Below the pieces are notes generated by a model. That model searched no databases, had not been told where the DNA came from, and was given only the letters and a program-made list of their open reading frames with translations. Below, piece after piece: positions 14,868 to 18,459 of a DNA stretch of 18,459 bases. A program made the translations under genes and the position numbers. The stretch lies in the NCBI GenBank assembly GCA_963711835.1, contig CAVQFQ010000024.1, positions 1 through 18,459 of the forward strand, written 5' to 3'. Numbering within the stretch: the stretch's first letter is position 1; the number at the start of each line of letters is the position of its first letter. Source of the DNA: an uncultured delta proteobacterium (GTDB taxonomy: Bacteria; Desulfobacterota; RBG-13-43-22).

Positions 14868-15032
14868 ATGACAAATCAATGGCTCAAGGATCAAGGATTG
14901 CTGTCTGTCAAAGATCTGTGGGTAAACATCCATTACCCGGCTACGGCTCGGTAACTCTGGGGAACCGCATAGTGCGGACCCGCTTGCTATGTGGCGTGGG
15001 GAGGGGGAGTGAAAGACTCCCCCTTACCCGAT
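14868..15032 (+). mobile_element. 3' remnant of a group IIC(-attC) intron: IEP C-terminus, domain V and domain VI
   Basis: 14868-14954 encodes MTNQWLKDQGLLSVKDLWVNIHYPATAR*. Short class-C D5 (CCGCATAGTGCGGACCCGCTTGCTATGTGG). D6 GGGGGAGT-GAAAG-ACTCCCCC ends TTACCCGAT. Confidence 0.88.
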
Positions 15033-15062
15033 TGTGTGATCTTTTATCATGTTGGAGGAAAT

Positions 15063-15560
15063 TTAATGTTTAAGTTCAGCAAATTTCAAAAGAGCGTTAA
15101 TACGGGAAAGAGCGAGTTCTCTAATATTCTCCTCATATCTAAAATTCCCGTGAGTGGCGTATTGTCGAAAAGTATAATTGCCCATAAGTTTGTCATCACC
15201 TGTATATGTTTTCCATGCCTTCTCTATTTCTATCCTATGGGCTTTGCACAGGAATCCATCTTTAAAAATGATAATGGCGGCTTCATGTTTGTCTGTTGCA
15301 GCGCTGAGAACTTCGGGAATATCCCGACCAGCACGATCAACGGCATAAAACCGGTCAATGAATCTAATTTCATCAATAAAGGATATTCGAAAGTTGGTGG
15401 CAGCTTTGTTGAATTCCTGCCTTCGCATAAGGTCAATGGCGTTTTTATGAGTCATTTTGATAAGGACTTTAGAAAAATAATATGTTAAGGGTCCGGCAAG
15501 AATAGCCCCGATAATAGCGCCACCAACGCCAATAATCGCTCCAATAATCGTGTCCGTCAT
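15063..15560 (-). CDS. Integron cassette gene, hypothetical protein with N-terminal TM helix (165 aa)
   Basis: AAGGAG RBS. Hydrophobic IIGAIIGVGGAIIGAILAG. Lies between attC 15639-15703 and the intron-interrupted attC. Confidence 0.8.
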   Translation of the reverse strand: MTDTIIGAIIGVGGAIIGAILAGPLTYYFSKVLIKMTHKNAIDLMRRQEFNKAATNFRISFIDEIRFIDRFYAVDRAGRDIPEVLSAATDKHEAAIIIFKDGFLCKAHRIEIEKAWKTYTGDDKLMGNYTFRQYATHGNFRYEENIRELALSRINALLKFAELKH

Positions 15561-15638
15561 CTCCTTTATGGTGCCTTTCTTGGTGTTGGAATATTCGCTT
15601 TAATTTTTTATTTAGTTTTTGGACTATGGTATTATTTT

Positions 15639-15703
15639 ACACAACGTCCAAGCTAACCGGCGGGCCGCTTTACGGCGCGTCCGAGTTGAGCGCCGTGTTA
15701 GGC
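15639..15703 (-). mobile_element. Integron attC site (65 bp)
   Basis: Minus strand: R'' GCCTAAC, ACGGC, L'' GCTCAACT, central hairpin, L' GTTAGC, TTGGAC, R' GTTGTGT. Confidence 0.88.
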
Positions 15704-16524
15704 TCCGATGGACCTGTTATGGCAACAGGCATCTTTAGCCTACCTGGCAAGCAGCAAACTATGATTTGAATGTCGGTATTATCTGAAAGCTCTAGCCTAT
15801 GCGATCGAAGAGGTAGCGCGGTTAATTTTTCAGGCAAAGGTGTGACTAAATAAGGACTTCCATGGGGGAAACCAAGTTCACCACCCAAATAACATTCAAA
15901 ACCCTTTGGGCCAACAATTAACCCAAAGTGCAGAAACCATTCATTGAAGGGAATCGGATGCTCCTCATTTAGAGAAACAATGGGGAACTTCGCCCCTTCT
16001 CGTGCCTTATGAAATACTTCGCGTCTGCGTTGACTATCGCTAGGTGGAGAATCAACAACAATCTTGGTCTCCTGTTTCACAAGCCGCATCACATGAGCAT
16101 CAGCTACACTTATTCCTAACCACAAAACCCTGTTTTTATCCAGCGGCAAAGTTCTTGGGCTGCCCAAGTGGCCTTTAGAGTGCCTGGAAGTTACATGCCA
16201 TTTAGACCGGTCTTCTTCGAGAGATATGTGATCAAAATCGAATGATTGATGCCATTGCAAAGACTTGCCCTGAAATCCTTGAATTTGATCAAAGTCATTA
16301 ATAAAGCCTGGGAAATATATGACTCTGTTTCCCGCCGACTGGACAAAAACACCGAGCCATCGCAGCGTAGCTGATGTGTCTTTGAAAAAACACATGCAAA
16401 GATTTAAAAAAGGCTTTCCTTCCTTGAATAGCTGACTGACTGCATTGGCGAGGGGGGTGCTGGTGTCAGTGTCGCAACCGGGGACACCATAGCCCATTTT
16501 CCAGATTAACTGAATCTTGTCCAA
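15670..16524 (-). CDS. Integron cassette gene, hypothetical protein (284 aa); stop codon lies inside attC
   Basis: Long ORF filling the cassette. TTG start with GGAG upstream. No motif recognised. Confidence 0.75.
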   Translation of the reverse strand: MDKIQLIWKMGYGVPGCDTDTSTPLANAVSQLFKEGKPFLNLCMCFFKDTSATLRWLGVFVQSAGNRVIYFPGFINDFDQIQGFQGKSLQWHQSFDFDHISLEEDRSKWHVTSRHSKGHLGSPRTLPLDKNRVLWLGISVADAHVMRLVKQETKIVVDSPPSDSQRRREVFHKAREGAKFPIVSLNEEHPIPFNEWFLHFGLIVGPKGFECYLGGELGFPHGSPYLVTPLPEKLTALPLRSHRLELSDNTDIQIIVCCLPGRLKMPVAITGPSEPNTALNSDAP

Positions 16525-16552
16525 ACCGTACTCCGTTGCTATCGGTAGTAGA

Positions 16553-16608
16553 GCCTAACGGCAAGTTCACCGCGTGGCGAAGCCATCCGGTGAAACGATT
16601 GGTTATGT
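16553..16608 (-). mobile_element. Integron attC site (56 bp)
   Basis: Minus strand: R'' ACATAAC, CAATC, L'' GTTTCACC, GGATGGCTTCGCCACGC, L' GGTGAAC, TTGCC, R' GTTAGGC. Confidence 0.9.
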
Positions 16609-16615
16609 GATTTTG

Positions 16616-17605
16616 TCATGGATACAACTCGATAGATGGTTCATTCTTCATTACGTGTAATGGCAATGTCTCTTGTGGCTTCAAGGCATAGAACTCCCAT
16701 TCCTTTTTAAATTCATCACTTGCCGGGGGAGTCTTGTACACCTCGTTGAAGTCCGAAGCCATAAGATCTAAGTAATCTCTCCTTGTTGTTTGATAATATT
16801 GAGTGGCTGTTGTCAGCCGCGCAGAGTCGGACCCTTCTGGCACCGCAAAGGCAATAAAGTATTTTGCGGAGATCGGACCAAAATAGCCTTGGTGCTTCAG
16901 GTGTGATGACCGATACAGGACAATATTTTGAATAAGCGCCTCTGGAAATTTTGTTAGCCACCGCTTGGCATGAATCTTTAGTGTACTGATGTCAAGATTC
17001 TTAAAGGTCTCCGAATTACCTTCGTTAAAGGTTTCGTGCAAAGATGGAGTGGCAAGCTGTGCACTTGTCTTCTGTATTTGGCCTTTCAATGATTCAATTT
17101 GTTCCTTACCAGCTTTTCCGTCTGTCATGATGCTCATTTCAGATCTCATGCGATCAAGAGCTTCTTGCTCAGATATCTTATTCCCTTTTGTGTCTTTAAG
17201 TATATGTTTTGAGTTACATCTCGGATCGCAGCAAAAGAAAACTGAAGGGTCGGTATCTGAGCTTGAGTATTTGAGGGGCTTTCCACAATTCAAGCATCTC
17301 ATTTTCGAATTTGTGTCCCAAAGGACATGGAATTCTTCCCGGTACTCAGGGTCAGGTTTCGATAACGGAACTGCAGTCCTCCTATGCAAATAAATAAGTG
17401 ACAGCAGAAAGAAAAGCAGCAAACCCGCGGCGATCCATAAGGGAGTTGGCAAAAGCATTATGATCTTGAATCGCGACCATAGGGTTTTTGAAAAAGTCCA
17501 GATACCGCCAAGCATTATGGCTATAGCACCGATGACCATTCCTATAATAGCGGAATGCAAATCGGAGAACAGTTTCTTCAGATACTCTTTAACAAGGCTT
17601 GCCAT
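16616..17605 (-). CDS. Integron cassette gene, hypothetical membrane protein with two TM helices and a Cys4 zinc-ribbon-like motif (329 aa)
   Basis: Two N-terminal hydrophobic segments and CLNC...CCDPRC. The ORF stops 7 nt before attC R''. Confidence 0.8.
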   Translation of the reverse strand: MASLVKEYLKKLFSDLHSAIIGMVIGAIAIMLGGIWTFSKTLWSRFKIIMLLPTPLWIAAGLLLFFLLSLIYLHRRTAVPLSKPDPEYREEFHVLWDTNSKMRCLNCGKPLKYSSSDTDPSVFFCCDPRCNSKHILKDTKGNKISEQEALDRMRSEMSIMTDGKAGKEQIESLKGQIQKTSAQLATPSLHETFNEGNSETFKNLDISTLKIHAKRWLTKFPEALIQNIVLYRSSHLKHQGYFGPISAKYFIAFAVPEGSDSARLTTATQYYQTTRRDYLDLMASDFNEVYKTPPASDEFKKEWEFYALKPQETLPLHVMKNEPSIELYP

Positions 17606-17622
17606 GCTTTTTTAGCCTTCCT

Positions 17623-17669
17623 TCATAACGTTGCTATAAAAGGGGACGTTCTTGCAGAAAGTGACTAAC
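17623..17669 (-). mobile_element. Cassette-array entry core site (attI-like or degenerate attC)
   Basis: GTTATGA (17629-17623) matches the first cassette's R'' ACATAAC at 6/7. A second GTTAGTC lies upstream in the same orientation. No attC hairpin. Confidence 0.45.
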
Positions 17670-17682
17670 GAATCGAAATCAA

Positions 17683-17841
17683 TCAGATAAAGAAAAACCA
17701 TCCCCAGATTAGATAGATCTTCCCGATGTCTGTGAGTAGCCGTTCTATCGCCGGATAAAACGAGGTCTCCGGCACATTCGACCTTGTGCCTCGGACTTCC
17801 CCCATGTCGGTTAAGTAACGTTCTATTAGGTGTTCGGGCAT
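17683..17841 (-). pseudogene. N-terminal fragment resembling a type IIG/ISP restriction-modification enzyme
   Basis: MPEHLIERYLTDM..VRGT....ETSFYPAIERLLTDIGK resembles the N-terminus of large N6-methylase/endonuclease fusions as I recall them. Truncated at 52 codons. Confidence 0.5.
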
Positions 17842-17904
17842 GATCCTTCGCCTATTCCACTCGAAGCCGGACATCCACTCCGGAACAAAAAGATTTTTTG
17901 CCTT

Positions 17905-17945
17905 AAAATAAAAAAGCCCTATCCTTTTTGAACTTGAGATAGGGT
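17905..17945 (-). terminator. Intrinsic terminator-like hairpin on the minus strand
   Basis: CCCTATCT...GGATAGGG followed by CTTTTTTATTTT. Confidence 0.55.
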
Positions 17946-18016
17946 CTTCTGGTCCGTCGGATTCTCCTCCGGTTAGAGTTAGACGAAAAAAGAAATGGAA
18001 AATTAATTAGATAGCT

Positions 18017-18045
18017 GAAATAGCATAACTTTTCCGGGATGTCAA
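18017..18045 (-). promoter_or_regulatory. Putative sigma70 promoter pointing toward the cassette array
   Basis: TTGACA (18045-18040), 17-nt spacer, TG-C-TATTTC. Confidence 0.45.
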
Positions 18046-18186
18046 TAAAATGGGGATTGGGTAGCGGGGAGCACTTTTTATTGCCGGCCACGGAGAAGTC
18101 CGGTTTGCTGGGATGGTGGAAGTCTGCTTTAGGGAGTGCTCCCCCGGATCAGTGAGACGTTGCCGTGGGCCTGAATAAAACATACA

Positions 18187-18417
18187 TCAGACAGGTTCCC
18201 TTTCGCTATCCGCCCCCATATTTTTCGGATTTCCTCGGCAGTCGGCATATCCTTCCAAGCCCCAGCCATTTTTCGTATATGGTCCGGCCAGAGCAGGGTC
18301 TGGTCTTTCACGGATCAGATCGGCTATCCATTTGCTTTTAGATAGGCCGTTTTTTTTGATCATGGTTTTCATTTTGGTTTCTGTAAGGTGATCCAGATAG
18401 ATCGTCACTTTCCCCAT
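18187..18417 (-). pseudogene. CopG/RHH-family antitoxin-like protein with two compensating frameshifts
   Basis: MGKVTIYLD..TETKM.....GLSKSKWIADLIRE continues in another frame as WPDHIRKMAGAWKDMPTAEEIRK, then returns to NMGADSEREPV. AAGGAG RBS. Confidence 0.7.
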
Positions 18418-18459
18418 ACCCGGATCTCCTTCCTTAATTCGTCATAGCGGAAGCAACTT

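Noticed and set aside
14991-15488. 165-aa plus-strand ORF, and 14879-15073
   Set aside because: It lies antisense to the cassette gene and overlaps intron D5/D6. The minus-strand ORF has the RBS and the cassette orientation.
1-18459. Genome-wide UGA reassignment (genetic code 4 or 25)
   Set aside because: Several conserved genes end at TGA at their expected C-termini, and no other gene has an internal TGA.

Overview
Chromosomal window from an anaerobic bacterium, most likely a Desulfobacterota/Deltaproteobacteria member (inferred from protein style only). The left part (1-4750) is housekeeping: a frameshifted RNase Z-like MBL hydrolase, a PMI-type cupin, pfkA, a transglutaminase-like protein, purC and tRNA-Pro(GGG). 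The middle carries a sigma54/IHF-type promoter and a three-gene Tat-exported group 1 [NiFe]-hydrogenase locus, then a yybP-ykoY (Mn2+) riboswitch leading a P2-type ATPase and a CDF transporter. The right part is accessory: TA modules, trmO, a fold-back element, the 3' remnant of a group IIC-attC intron, and an integron cassette array with no integrase in the window. The best candidate for something new is the hydrogenase. Its large subunit has one in-frame TGA at the second (Ni-Fe bridging) Cys of the N-terminal RxCGxC motif, followed by a SECIS-like hairpin, while the canonical Sec position (C-terminal DPxxxC) is Cys. Its small subunit has a CxxD proximal-cluster motif. The two subunit genes are separated by an approximately 310-nt rod-like hairpin. 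Caveat: several single-base indels elsewhere in the window suggest imperfect sequence quality, so the TGA needs read-level confirmation.
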